Assembly: GCA_054600435.1 (NCBI GenBank)
Contig: BAAIJX010000050.1
Span: 1-64,000 of the forward strand
Reading direction: 5' to 3'
Length of the DNA: 64,000 bases
From: Neophaeotheca triangularis
Taxonomy: Eukaryota
Below, one piece after another: positions 44,706 to 58,130 of this stretch (position 1 is its first letter; every line of letters starts with the position of its first letter). The notes below the pieces were generated by a model. The model was not told the DNA's origin. It searched no databases and saw only the letters and a program-made list of their open reading frames with translations. The position numbers and the translations under genes are program-made.

Positions 44706-46040
44706 TCAAACCCTCTCAAACCTCCCAGTCCACCCCTCCTCAACAAGCGCAGCAAACCCACCCACAAGATCATCCCGTAGGTCCTCCCAACTCTCAACTC
44801 CAACACTAACCCTCAGCAGCGTCTCCTCGACAGTATCATCACTCATCCTCCTCCACTCAATCAAACTCTCCACGCCACCGAGACTAGTAGCATGGTGGAA
44901 AAGTCCCAATTTACTCGGCAACCGCTTAGCAGCCTGCTTGCTCTTCATGGTGATGGCGAAAACGGGAGTGTAGCCGCCGGGCATCTGCTTGCGCAGCCAG
45001 GAATCCCGCTGGTCGGCTTCGGGCTGGAGACTGCAGTGTTCGATCTTATCGACGACGTCCTTGACGGGCTGGGAGAAGGTTTCCAAGCCGCGCATTTCCC
45101 GCGTCAGCGCGGCGTTGAGCCAGGCGACGAGCCGGGTGGCGTTTTCGCTCTGGCGACGGATGCGGAGTTCAAAAGTCCGCAGGCTGCGTACGCCCAGCCA
45201 GCCTTCAAGACTGCCCATGACGGAGCCCAGGAAGACGCGGTCGTTGAAGAGGCCCCAGTAGTCTTGTTCCCAGCCTTGTTTGCTCTTACCCACGGCCAGT
45301 ACGCCGCACAGCATGTCCGAGTGCCCGCCGAAGTATTTGGTGCCCGAATGCATGACGACGTCGGCGCCCTGCTGGAAAGGGTCTTGCAACGGCGGGGGCG
45401 CGAAGGTGGCATCGACGCTCAGGATAGCGCCACGTGCGTGCGCCTTTTGCGCGAAATAGGCAATGTCGTAGGCTTTGCCGGTGGGGTTTACGGGGGTTTC
45501 GAGATGCACGAGGTCTGCGCGGCCGAGGCTGGCTTCGTCCCAGGCGCTCTCGTCGAAGAGGTCGACGATGCGGCAGTGGGTGAGTTTTTGGTAGAGCTTG
45601 AGGACGCCGTGGCAGCCGTGGTAGCCGGCGCCAATGGCCACGACGCGCGGGTGGTAATGGACGAGGAGGGCGTGGAAGGCCGCGAGGCCGGAGGTGTAGG
45701 TTAGGGCTGGAGATGAGAGGAGGGAGGTCAGGAGGTATTCGAGGCGCGAGCTGTTAGGGGCTGTGAGGCGGGAATAGATGTGGGAGTCGGAGGGAGCGGG
45801 CGTGCCGGGGGGGCGGGATGGGGTTTCGTTGTCGGAGACGGGGTTGAGTTTGTCGGGATCTGAGGGATAGCGGAAGGTTGTGGAGGTGTGGAGAGAGGGT
45901 GCAACGTCTGTGGCGCTGTTGATGGCATCGTCGCCGTGAATGGTACGGGTTGAGAGGGAGTAGTTTGAGAGCTCTGCGCTGGGGTCGGGGAGGGAGAGGG
46001 GGTCAGTGTTGGGGTTTCCGGAACCGTGGTGAGCCGACAT
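44706..46040 (-). CDS. PLP-dependent trans-sulfuration enzyme (cystathionine gamma-synthase/lyase family)
   Basis: YSRLTAPN, LETPVNPTG, VDATFAPP, HSGTKYFGGHSD (PLP lysine), ATSLGGVESLIE, LLRVSVGVE; start could lie upstream. Confidence 0.93.
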   Translation of the reverse strand: MSAHHGSGNPNTDPLSLPDPSAELSNYSLSTRTIHGDDAINSATDVAPSLHTSTTFRYPSDPDKLNPVSDNETPSRPPGTPAPSDSHIYSRLTAPNSSRLEYLLTSLLSSPALTYTSGLAAFHALLVHYHPRVVAIGAGYHGCHGVLKLYQKLTHCRIVDLFDESAWDEASLGRADLVHLETPVNPTGKAYDIAYFAQKAHARGAILSVDATFAPPPLQDPFQQGADVVMHSGTKYFGGHSDMLCGVLAVGKSKQGWEQDYWGLFNDRVFLGSVMGSLEGWLGVRSLRTFELRIRRQSENATRLVAWLNAALTREMRGLETFSQPVKDVVDKIEHCSLQPEADQRDSWLRKQMPGGYTPVFAITMKSKQAAKRLPSKLGLFHHATSLGGVESLIEWRRMSDDTVEETLLRVSVGVESWEDLRDDLVGGFAALVEEGWTGRFERV

Positions 46041-46466
46041 CCTGAGATTGCGGAAGGAATCTGTAAGTGAGAAAGGCATGTCTGATGATGTTGCTGATAA
46101 GGATGTAAAGGAAGCGAGCAATGGCAAGAATATAACAAGGAAAAATGAAACCAGAAGTGGTGGGTGAATGTAGTGATGAGTAGGTAGCAGCTGTTCCTGA
46201 CCGCAAAAGAGACGGGCACGAACCCCACCAAAAGATTAAATCATCGAGGGTCTCACTCTCCACCCCGCGGGCGCAGATTGAGTTCTTGGCTGGCCGGGGT
46301 TCGGTTCAAGATCCGACTGCATATACAGATAATACCCCTAATGGTATGGAATGCAATGGGTATTGTCTGTAGAAACAAAACGCCGTTCGCTGTGCGTAGA
46401 CGCTAGAAACAGAAAGACAAGGCAGTCGAGCCCCTGTAATCGAACGAAGATGACCCCCAAAATCGA

Positions 46467-49400
46467 TCAAATGCGACGCTTGAGGTTCAACAACTTCCCA
46501 ACGGTAGCGGGAGCAGGAAGGGCGGTAGCGAATCGATCGCGTTCTGTGAGGGAAACCAAAGTGTCAGCAAGATGTAAAACCACCCCAGACCCCTCCAAGC
46601 CGCAAGCAGCAGCAGCAGCAGCGGTGCAACAAAGCGAAAAACAAAAGAAGAGAGAGAAAATGAGAACTCACCTTCCTCCCCCTCAAACATAACAGTAACA
46701 TCATCGTGCTCAGACGCATACTCCAGCCCCTCCAGGTTAACAAACCGCCTCTTAACCGCCCTCAACTTAGCCTCCTCCCCCTCTGTCCCCTGCTCTCCAT
46801 CCCCCTTTCCCTTTCCCCCTTTCTCACTTCCGGCAACAGGAAGTCCAAACTTCGCATCCACCAACCTAACCCCCCACCCGCCCTTGCGATCCCCACCCAC
46901 AAGCTCAAAATCATCCGTCCCCTTGATCTGAAAAGCCATGGCCTCAGCATGACTGAAACCGTCAAAAAATGCCAAAACCTGCGTGATCCCGGCAGCAGCA
47001 CCAGCAGCACCACTAGCTTGGCTTCCCCCACGTCCGGTCACAACCTGCACTCTTACGCCCGAAGCCGTCCAGTTTCGCCATCCGGGAACAACCATCCTAC
47101 GTCTACTGATGCGCCATTCAGCCGCCAGCCCATCAAAAACCACTCTTGCTCCAGTGAGAGCTTCCTGGAAAATGTGCAAATCTCTCAAACTCGCAAACTC
47201 AAATTTCCGGACCGTGGGCACAGTCTTCGCACCCTGTAGCAGTTTCGCCAAAGCCGAAGCCATGGGGGAAGCGGTGTTGCGGACATCGAGGGAGAGGGCG
47301 AAGTCGGGTTGAGGAGGGCGGAAAAGGGTTAGAAAGCTCTCGCGGCTGTCTGGGGGGAGACGGAGGAGGAGTTCGCCTGGGGAAAGGTTCAGGCGGTCGG
47401 TTAGGCAGCCGGAGGCGTGGCGGGCGAGAATGCGGAGGGAGGAGGAGAGCAGTGTGGGAGGGGCTTGGGAGTGCGGGTTGGGCGGGGCGAAGTTGGTGAT
47501 GCCTAACTTTTGCCATTGGAGGGAGTTGAGAGCAGTTGTGTAGGTTGTGTCAGAGGCGGTTTGCAGGGCCGGTTCGATGGAGAGGCTGGTGAGGGTAACT
47601 TTGCCGGCGATGAGTTCGTCGTCGGCGACGGACAGACCATTGAGGGTGTTGTAGAAAGTTTGGCGCGAGTGGTCGTTGGGGAAGACGAGCAGGACGCGGG
47701 TTTCGCTGCTGTCTTTGCGGATGCGGAGAACCATGGCCATGGTACCGTTGGCGGAGGAGTCGGAAAGAAATTCAAAATATAGCGGCCCGGTTTGACAAAG
47801 CTGGTGGCTGACGCTGTGGAGATTCCTGTGCGCGGCGTCCGTAACCAGCAGTAAGCGATAGCCCCTGTGCATTCTCTTGACACCGCCACCATCGCCCACC
47901 TCCTCGCTCAGTTCGAAGATCCTAGCCGTACAAGCCTTGATCTTGTCGCTCGGAAAACCGGCCGAGTTGATGGGATCGGCATATTGCAACTCAGCCAAAC
48001 GCGCCTCGTGCGCCAACCTCTCATTGCCAGCCTCTCGCAGCGAGTGATCGACCCTGCGACAATGCTCCGAAACCGCCCAAAGCGCTCTAAAATCCCTCTC
48101 TTGCAAAAGCACGGTAATCTCAAACCCCCTAGCCAGGCGAATGAGCAAAGAATGAGCATGCGCCTTCCAAGAAACCGAATGCCACGTCAAAATCTTGCCC
48201 TTATTCTTGCCAGTAGCAGCCCTCGCGTGCGGGACAACCCGCACATTGATCAAATCAGTCTGCGAGGCGACGACAAAACTCGTCTGAAACTCGCCCCTCT
48301 GCCTCAACAACGTAAGGACACAAGGCAGCGTGCTTACATCCCGATCAGTTTCCATTCCCTCCACACTCACACCAACACCAACCCAATACCGCCCAAGACA
48401 AACCGTCTCCATCGTCTCGACAACAGGCAAACAAGCCAAGGGATCTCCTTCCCCTTCGCTACCCACAACCAACCCACCAGCCCCCCCTGCCTCCCCCCTC
48501 AAAACAACACCCACCTCAGGCCTTAACAATGGATACTCAATCCAAACCTGATTATCCTGGCCCTGCAACAAGCTGGACCTAGGCGGCAAAATGCCCGCAC
48601 GACTCATGTCCAGCGCCAAACCCGCCAACGCCTTTCTCAAAACCCCCACACCCTCTCCCACCAAACCAGCCTCGATACCAACCCCACCAACTCCCACTCC
48701 TACTCCCCCGTCACCCCCCAAAACCTCCTCAATAGCCCACCAAGCCTTAGCAACATCGACATGCGCCTGCACCAACCTGCCCTCACTCCCACCACCAGAC
48801 CTGCCTTGCACCTGCCGCGCAACCAACGTTTCAACTCCAACCTTGCCGCGTAAAAACCACCAAACCGCGCACCTGAGCCAATCACGCGGCGTACAAGTCT
48901 CCGCAGGCCGTTCTTTCTCCGCGGTGAGTTTGAGCACGCCGCGCATGTGCACGACCCGCAAGGCGAAGTCTTGCATAGCGGCTTCGGCGGCGGGCTGGGT
49001 TTCGGTGGAGGGAGTTGGGGAGTGCTGGGGGCGGGTGGGGGCGGAGTGGAGGGTGAGAGAGTGGTTAGAGCGACTTGAGCTTGAAGAGCAAGGACGCGGA
49101 TTTTGGGTTTGTTGGAAGTGGATAAGAGCCGGAGATCGCGGTGCATGGTTTGAAGGAGAGGAGTCGGGACGATTGCGATTGGAATCATCGTTGTGGTCCG
49201 GGACTGGCGGGGCGCGGTATGCTGGGTGGGTTTGCTGGAGCGGCGCGGTGAAGTAGTCTGCCGGGCTGGGGCCGCGGCTATAGGGTGAAGGGGTGGGCTT
49301 GGGGTGATTGGAGGTGGCGTGGAAAAAAGGCACGTTTAGGCCTCCTGCGCTCGTTTGGGCGTGGTCGTCGTAGTGGTAATGAGGATTGGGAATGGGTTTG

Positions 49401-51301
49401 CTGAAATTGATGGAGCTTCTCTGCGGGCTGTCGCTCCGGTCGGATTGATGTGGTGAAGAGAAACGGGATGAGGACATGTAGTGACCTAGACTAGATGCTT
49501 GCCCTGGGATGCTGGTCGAGGATGCGTTCCGGGAATGCATCTGCTTCGGAGGTGAAGGGGGAAAGTGGTTGACACTGGTGTTTGAGCCGTTGGGTCGGGT
49601 GTAGAGAGGGCGCGCGTTCTCTGCTGATGATGTCTGCTCACCGAACGGTCTTTCGCGGAGTGGTGAGGGGTCTCTACTTCGCGCATTCCCCTGACTTGGG
49701 GCAGGCATGTGCTGCATGGGTGGTGGTGGAGCTGGCATGGCAGGAGGGAAATCATGCACGGGCGAGTAGCTTTGCAACGGACTCGCAGCCTTGTGTCCAT
49801 GATTGTAAACCGGTATCTTGTACTGGCTGGGCGCGGGCGGAGGCTCTTGCTTTGGCCGTGCCTCTTGTGCCGGTAAATTTTGCGCTGCCTGTGCATTACG
49901 CATATAGCTCGGCACCTCCTGATTCCTCCGTTGAAACGGGCGCGGCTGGCTAGCAGGCGATGCTTCCCTTGAATGCCGTTTCATATACCTCGGGTCCGCA
50001 AAAGGATTCATACCCTCAGGAGAGATGGCAGACTCCGGCTCCGGCGAGAAACCTACCGACCCACCGCTTGTTGGCCGCACATCAGGAAGTCTGGGTTCCC
50101 TCTCACGCTCGTTAGAGAGCGCTGCATCCGGAAGCATCGGCTCATACTCCAACCCCATCGCGCGTCCATCGGTAGGCCACGCCGCCGGTAGCCTAGGCTC
50201 CTCAACCAGCGGCCTAAAAGACCCCTTTTCCCCTCCCTCCTCATGCACCAATAAGCTATTACGTTTAAAAGTCATGCCCTCATTATGCCGCATCTGCACC
50301 TGCTTCCTCCGCGTCGGCTCATCGTGTTCCCAGCTCGTATGCCGTATCTCAGGGAGCACGGGCGGACCAGAATCTAAAGGCCTCTGCGTCTGCATCTCAG
50401 GCAAGCGCGGGGGCTTCGAGTCGGGGACCGACGGCGCATATCTGGCATCCTCACTACGTCCCGTTGGTGTGCGATTGAGCGGACGGCGCACAGGCGACTC
50501 GACTCTACTTTGAGAAGACGGCGCGGAAGTCAAAGGCTGCTGCTGGCTTGCGCTTTGCAAATCGGTCTGCGCCCTCCGCATCGGCGGCGCCCTGAAATCA
50601 CCCGCCTCCTGCTTTTCAGGTTCCCAGCCCACCGGCCTTCGATCACTCGCGCTCCTCCCCCTAGCAGCCCTACGCCTCGCAACCTCCGTCACAGGCGCCA
50701 CAGTCTCATCTCCCCCATGACCGATGATTTCGGGCTCGCCCTGCGCGAAGCCAACTTTCAACCTCTTGCCCTTACTAGGCTGCGCAGCATTGACCCTCTG
50801 TTGCCAGAGCTGCATGCGCTCGCTGGGAATCTTGACAACAATGGTATCATCTTCATCGTCATGGTCGTTGTTGTTTTCCTCTTGCCCGACCGGGTGTCCC
50901 GAACTCCCACTTCCCCTACCACTTCCACTACTATTCTCGTGTCCCACTCTCCTCGCAGCCTCAACATCAACGCCCATCTTCACCCCATGAGCACCAGCTC
51001 CTCCCCCACCCTTGAAAAAGTCCCCCAACCCCTCTCCCCCAAGCGACCCCTCGCCATCCCCATCAGCCTTGTAAAAAGGCGAGCTCGAGTCTTTGGTAAA
51101 ATGATGTGCGATGGCTTTATTCCACTTGAAAGACTTGGTGCCACTGGTGGCGCTGCTGCTTCTGCTGCCACTACCTCCATCATCGTGACTAGGGGATTTG
51201 GAATCGTGATTGGAGGAAGACCGGTGGGTGAAGGAGGGTTTGGCGAAGGTAGGAAAGCGGGATTTCTTTTGCGATATTGGGGGGGTGGGTGGATCGGTCA
51301 T
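46467..51301 (-). CDS. Large fungal-specific hypothetical protein (Pro-rich N-half, folded C-half)
   Basis: ORF >4.6 kb from ATG 51301 (MTDPP); final intron 46671-46544 gives the C-terminus ERDRFATALPAPATVGKLLNLKRRI*. Confidence 0.82.
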
Positions 51302-51587
51302 GGTTGTAGTTGCCGTTGTGCTTGTGTTGTTGAAGAGGTGTCGAGAGATGAGGTGAGGTGAGGTTAGGTACTGCTGCCTTGACGCCGGTGGAGCTGTCGC
51401 GACTGAGGATTGGGCGTGCACCTTCCTCACTCCAAGTCCCTCTACCACATGAAGAGGCAGGCAGGAAGGTAGGCAGGAAGTCAGGCAGGCAGGCAGGCAG
51501 GTGCGGACCTTCACCCCCAACAATCCAGTCCGGGCAGTCCAGCCAGCGGTCAGGCAGCGACTTGACCCAACAAATCAACGCAACAGA

Positions 51588-51600
51588 TCAATCAATCAAG

Positions 51601-51632
<32 letters not shown>

Positions 51633-51660
51633 CAATCAATCATCAATCAATCAATCAAAC
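51588..51660 (+). repeat. Imperfect (TCAA)n microsatellite
   Basis: Run of ATCA/TCAA units upstream of the large minus-strand gene. Confidence 0.85.
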
Positions 51661-52583
51661 AAACAAACACCCACCACATCAAAATCCAACTGCCAAACTG
51701 CCCTCAACACTGACCGCCCTCAAACAAGCATCGCAAACCCGATATATCACAACCTTGTATAAGTGTCACAGTATCCCGACCGTATGAGGTAGGTAAAGAC
51801 TCGTTGGACCGGTTGTGGCAGGTAAAAGAGAAGCGTGCAAGAGTTGGAAATAATTGTTCCGAGTGTGTAAACAAAGAGTAGCCCAAGGCTAAAGTCAAGA
51901 GTTGCTAGGTAAAGTAAGGTAAGGAAAGTTGAGGTAAGGGTGGTACGGTTTAGTTTCAGGGTCTAAAGTTTGGCATTCGTATGTACGGAGTAGCTCGAGA
52001 GTAGTATAACTGTGGGTTCGGGTTACCGTTTTCGGCTGGCTGAGGGGAGAGAGAGGAGGGCGGGGGTTTGGAAAGGAGGAGGGATGATGTGATATGGAAG
52101 TGGGGTGTGTCAGAAACACCCGACGAACCCAGGGGAGTTGGCTGAATCAATCACTCACTCAATACCCTACTTAGGTACTGTATACCATCATGAAACGTGC
52201 ACAAACCCTCGAGACACATGTCACAAAGACGTCCCGTGCGACTCTCAATCACTACATGAGGTATGTGCACTCGGCCGGCAATGGTGAGGAATAGAGATGC
52301 GAAAAGGGAAAAAGATGGATTCTCAAAAACCACTGCATGCTGCTTCCACTACTGCTACTTTACTTTTTGCCCTCCGACGTATAGCCAGAGAGACCGATTG
52401 CAAATAAAGCGATCCATCGCCCTCGTTCAGCGTGCATTTAACATGCATATCGCTTTGCCGTCCCTAAAAGGCCGTGGCTCGCGGTGAAACGTGTCCACTG
52501 CTAGCTAGATATGATGCTTCAACTGCCGTACGTAGTTGTATCCATCTCTTCTCCATCAAAATCTAGACGCTCGCTTTGTTGGT

Positions 52584-53500
52584 TTAAGCGACGCCAGACT
52601 TGACAATGGTGGGAGGGTTGTCCTTGCTCTTGATGGCGCCGGAAGAGGAACCGCAAGCCTCAATAGACTTGATGACGCCCATCGAGGCGGCATCGCCGTC
52701 AGGGACACCGCCAAAGACGACGTGACGGCCGTCGAGCCACGAGGTCACGACGGTGGTGACGAAGAACTGGGAGCCGTTGCTGTTGTTGGACAAGGGTAAG
52801 TTTGGGAACATTGACTGGATGAGATGTGAGGGGTGGCTTGGTGGGGGAGGGTTGTCAACTGACGTGTTGGGGCCGGCGTTGGCCATGGAGAGCTTGAAGG
52901 GCTTGTCGTGAGTGAGCTTGAAGTTCTCGTCGGCAAACTTCTCGCCGTAGATGGACTTTCCACCGGTACCCTGCCAAGTGGTATCATGGGTTAGCGAGTC
53001 ATTTCAAGCGTAGGGGGAAGGAGCATGTTGTGGGGAGATCTCTTACGTTGCCGCGGGTGAAGTCACCGCCCTGGAGCATGAAGTCGGGGATGACACGGTG
53101 GAACTTGCTGCCCTGGTAGCCGAAGCCCTTCTCGCCAGTGCAGAGCTGCTTGAAGTTCTCGACGGTCTTGGGGACGACGTCGTCGTAGAGGTCAAAGTTG
53201 ATGCGGCCAGAGCGGGCTAGTGAACCAGTCAATACATACAACTCTTGATGACAATGATGATGATGATGATGTTTACTCACGCTTGTCAGTCATGTCGCTG
53301 GCGCCCTTGTCGACTCTGCCATTGGCGTCGGTCTTGAGCTCAGGGCCCTGCCAGGTGCAGTCGAAGAAGGCTTTGACGACCATGTTTGCGGATGAGGCGT
53401 GGAAGGAGCGGTTGAAAGTTGGTTGGTATAGACGACTTGTTGGCTTGAGGAGGGATGTTGTAGAAGAGAGAATGTTGGAGCGGGCGGAGCTGGCGAACAT
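52584..53500 (-). CDS. cypA: Cyclophilin A-type peptidyl-prolyl isomerase with N-terminal mitochondrial presequence
   Basis: Exons 53500-53281, 53216-53047, 52970-52864, 52779-52584; [41 protein letters not shown]. Confidence 0.96.
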
Positions 53501-54350
53501 ATTTCTTTCTGCACCAGGAAAGGGAGGGGCAGGGCAGGGAGCGAGGCGCGGGGCAACGAAGAAGTCTGGTGGGGCAAACGCACGTCAGTCAAGTCGCTTT
53601 CTTCACGTGATGATGGGGCTTGGCGTGGGAGCTTTCGGGATCGGGCGTCCACGTGACCTCAGCTCAATCCATGCACGCGTGAGGTGGGCTGCCCCTGGAC
53701 TGGGCCAGAAGAGCTGGACTTGAATGAAATCAAGGGGAAATGCAAACGCATGCAATATCAGATGCTCGGTTTGGTCCTTTACTCACCTGGTTATGTATTT
53801 ATTACACTCGGATGTACGAAGACCGAGAGGAAACTGTTCGACTGTCAGTGTTTCGGCCGAGGAATAGGGGTCGGGGGGCGAATGGCAGGCACCTCGGGCA
53901 TCATGTACTCGGTGTACTTGGCCATTGGTTTGCATAGATGGAACTCACAGTCTAAATGTACAATAGTTATGTACAGTCCGGTTGGCTTATCAAACAATCA
54001 ATGGGATACAGTATCGTACAGACGAAGAGGAGTGTATTGCTATTGTTTTGATGAACAAGTAACTGATTAGAATCTTCGCTGCGGTGTCCTTTCCGTCTGA
54101 TCCCGCTCCGTCCAAACTCATCTCCCGTTGCGGAGGCCCGCGCACGCGGCAACATCCGCCCAATCTTCACCGACCACCGACCACCGACACTGCACCGACC
54201 ATCATCAATCGAAGCCAACTTTACCCTATTGACCTAGATCATCACGTGTTTACCTACCCCCTTCAACCATTACAGAGACGCACAGTCCAGTATTGTAGCT
54301 TCTGAAGCTGTCTTCTCTCACTCTGTCCTGATCATACACCGCCGCCCATC

Positions 54351-56094
54351 ATGAACTTTGACAACCTCCGCGACAGGGTCAGCAATCTGACGCTGTACGA
54401 TGTCAAGGCTGGAGTGCGCCAGGTCCAGAATGGTGAGTGCAATATTATACCATCTGCCTCGCGCGGTACTATCCTTGACCTGGAAGAAACGGACACTGAC
54501 CACACGCAGCCGTCATGAACTACACGGAAATGGAAGCCAAAGTCCGCGAAGCCACCAACAACGAACCCTGGGGAGCTTCCTCGACACTGATGCAGGAGAT
54601 TGCGAGCGGCACCTTCAACTAGTACGTCTACCCGCCCACGCCCTCCGCCCGAGCAAGCTATACTAACCCCATCCTCCCAGCCAACTTCTCAACGAAATCA
54701 TGCCCATGATCTACAAACGCTTCACCGAGAAGTCGGCGGAAGAATGGCGCCAAATCTACAAAGCGCTGCAGCTGATGGAGTTCTTGGTCAAGAACGGTAG
54801 CGAGCGTGTCATCGACGACGCCCGCAGTCATCTCAGCTTGCTCAAAATGTTGAAGCAATTCCATTACATTGATATGAACGGCAAGGATCAAGGCATCAAT
54901 GTGCGCAATAGGAGCAAGGAGTTGACGGATCTGCTGAGCGATGTCGATCGTATTCGCTCTGAGAGGAAGAAGGCGAGGGCTACGAGAAATAAATACGGTG
55001 GTGTTGAGGGTGGTGCTGGCATTGGTGGCAGTGGTGTCAGTACATCAGGGAGGTATGGCGGGTTCGGTAGTGAGAGTGCGGGATTCCCCAGTGCCTCGTA
55101 CGGAGGTTCGACCAGGGGCGTTTATGGCGACGGCGGTGGATTCGGCGGCGAAAGCCAGATGGAGTACGAAGAGCCCTCGAGCAGCAGCAGCAGCCGGCGC
55201 CAGGAAAGATTCGACGAGTACGACGAGTTTGACGACGGCGGTGCTCAGGCTACGCCTGGGAGGAGGAAAGCGGACACTTCCAGCAGCAGACGCGCTGCGC
55301 CAAAGAAGGCCGAGCAACCCAAACCCAAAGAGCCAGAAGTGGACCTCTTCGACTTTGGTGATGACGACGCCATGCCCGCTCCAGCTGCCTCCAATGGCTC
55401 CGCCAACATACTCGCTGCAACACCCTCTTCAGCCTCCGCAGCCCCCGCACTCGCCCCAGCCGACGACGATGACTTCGATGACTTTCAATCCGCAACCCCT
55501 CAACCCACCACTACAAACACCACCCCCTCGATCCCCAAACCAAACTACAGCTCCATCTCTACATCCACTCCGAGCTCCAATACGCAATACGCACAACCCA
55601 CACCACAACAGGGCTCGCAACCTCAAGCCGCAGCCTTCAGCAACATCTTCTCCACCGTGTCCCCTCCCACCAGCACCTCCGGTACCCCCAAACCGCAACC
55701 CTTCTCCCCACCAACCGCGCAGCAAAACAAACAAGCCTCTGGCTACCAACCCAGCGGCCCAAACTACTTCACCTCGGTCCAAACCAGCAACTCCCCGGCA
55801 GCTTCCCCGGGCGTCACCAGCCCCGGCGCCAGCAACAACAACAAAATCGGCACCAACGCTGCTGCTAAGAAACCTGCAGGTGGCGGCGATGCTTTTGCCT
55901 CTCTGCTCGGTGGTGCAGGCATGAAGAAGGCGGAGAAGCCGAAGGGTATGACGATTGCTGAAATGAATCGGCAGAAGGCGCAGCAGGGGCTTTATGGGGC
56001 TAATGCTGCTCCCGCTGCTCAGCAGGGCCCGCAGGGACAGGGCCAGGGCCAGGGCCAGGGGGGTGGGAGTGCTATGGATGATTTGTTGGGTTAG
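54351..56094 (+). CDS. ENT3: ENTH-domain epsin (Golgi-endosome, Ent3-type)
   Basis: Introns 54433-54509 and 54622-54680; VMNYTEMEAKVREATNNEPWGAS, WRQIYKAL, DQGINVR, DDFDDFQSA, C-terminal DDLLG. Confidence 0.94.
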
Positions 56095-56711
56095 GACTGA
56101 CTGTGAAAGGGGAGTGGAGCGGGCAGGGGGGAGGAGTGTTGGTTGACGGTGTTTGTTGAGGCGCTTGAGAGCTTCAAGCTTCGTGGTCTTGGATGGTCGC
56201 AAGGTCACGAGACTTGCGCGATGGTAGGCAGAGACCAGATGCAGTGTGGACGAATGTAGCTGTCAAGATTACTAGTAGGTAGTGTTGGGGGAAACAGGCG
56301 TGAGAGGCGTTTCGTGTAGGGTACAAAAGGAGACAGACAGCATTAGATATCTTACTAGACTGAACCCATTTATTTATCTTCTACTACACCTCATTTGAAC
56401 GATAACAATGATACGAAATAGACCAAAGAACCAAGCTACAACATTCGCCATGTACGTGTCCTGCTCCTGCCCGTAGGAAGCAGTAAGGTAGGTATGCCTA
56501 CAACTTAAATCTCCAAGTCTTGGCAGAGTAAGGTAGAAGTCGGAATTTGTCTTAGTCTTAGTCATCACGCACAAGCACTTCAAAATCCAGCCAGCTCTGC
56601 AAGAGAAGACTTCACGCCCAGCCAGCAGCTCTGCAACGACGACGACAACCACACGAAGCCACGAGGCCCACCTAAACACACCCTACCCGATACCTTCGAC
56701 TCGACTTCACA

Positions 56712-57596
56712 ATGCCTCGCGGGTAAGCAGAAACCACACCGTCCATGGGAAGATGGACACCTTTTGGGGGGGGAAGATTGATTTTGGCGAGGGCCGGCAG
56801 GCTTGGGGGAGGGGGAAAGAAATGCGGGAAATTGGCTGTCTTGAGGATACGGCTGCGAATGAATGAACGAATGGGAGTGCTGATTTTGTTTTTGCGCCCT
56901 GCAGACGCGGTTCCACCTCCGGTAACAAGCTCAAGATGACCTTGGGTTTGCCTGTGTACGTACCCATCCTGGAATCCCCGAATACTGGTGGTGAAGTGCG
57001 AGAAAAAGACGAGGAAGGGAAATGAAGGAAATGGGAACTGAAAGAGGAAGGGGTGCGACATACAATGGATAAAAGAAAACGGGCGCAACATGCAGACATA
57101 CAACACCAACTAACACACTCTCTCTCCCTCCGCAGCGGCGCCGTCATGAACTGCTGCGACAACTCCGGCGCCCGCAACCTGTACATCATCTCCGTCAAGG
57201 GTATTGGCGCGCGCCTGAACCGCCTCCCCGCCGCCGGTGTGGGCGACATGGTCATGGCCACCGTCAAGAAGGGCAAGCCCGAACTCCGCAAGAAGGTCAT
57301 GCCCGCCGTCGTCGTCCGCCAATCTAAGCCCTGGCGCCGCGCCGATGGCATCTACCTGTACTTCGAGGACAACGCTGGTGTCATTGTCAACCCCAAGGGT
57401 GAGATGAAGGGAAGTGCGATTACTGGGCCTGTGGGCAAGGAGGCGGCGGAGTTGTGGCCAGTGAGTTACACCTCTTTTTTCCTGTTCAAGAGCGATTGTT
57501 GGGATGGGCGTGTTGAGGACGCGAAGGGAAATGATCGTTGCTGACTTTGTTACCTCCCTACAGCGTATCGCCTCCAACTCCGGTGTTGTGATGTAA
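56712..57596 (+). CDS. RPL23: 60S ribosomal protein L23 (uL14)
   Basis: Exons 56712-56722, 56905-56955, 57136-57460, 57564-57596 give [36 protein letters not shown]...[12 protein letters not shown]. Confidence 0.97.
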
Positions 57597-58130
57597 AGAG
57601 CCGAACGAAACACGAAAAGTCTCTGAGCAGCGAGCGGGAGACACATGAAGAGGCGGGTTTTGCAGCACAACAACAGAGCGAATAAAAAGAGCGAACGGCG
57701 GTTGTGCTGCTTAGTAGTCTTCTTATTTGTTCTTTAGCTTCTCATACACTTCCGAAATGCTATGGCGCACCGTGGATGGGCGGTTCTTGCAACACAACCC
57801 AATCTAGACTTCTACCGTTGGTGTTTGGAGGTAAATGAACGAGTTGTGTTTTCGACCCGTTTCTGCTGACTTTAGCGGTGAAGTATGATAGCGCGGGTTC
57901 GACTCTACTGACCACAGCAGAAGCACGACTCGCGAGCCTCCCACCGCCGATCAACAATCACTACACTCGCGCGCCTGCATCGCCCAAACACAAGGCCATC
58001 ATCCAGACTCGCCCGACCCAATACGTACGACCCGATCACACCGACAAACCACGCATTTCTTGAACCGCACAAAAAGTGAGCCCACCCCACCCCCCTCCCC
58101 CACTTTCATGTCAAAGCTCTTCCTTTTCCC

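Noticed and set aside
57860..57915. tRNA suggested by GGTTCGA
   Set aside because: No cloverleaf or acceptor stem; A-B box spacing too short.
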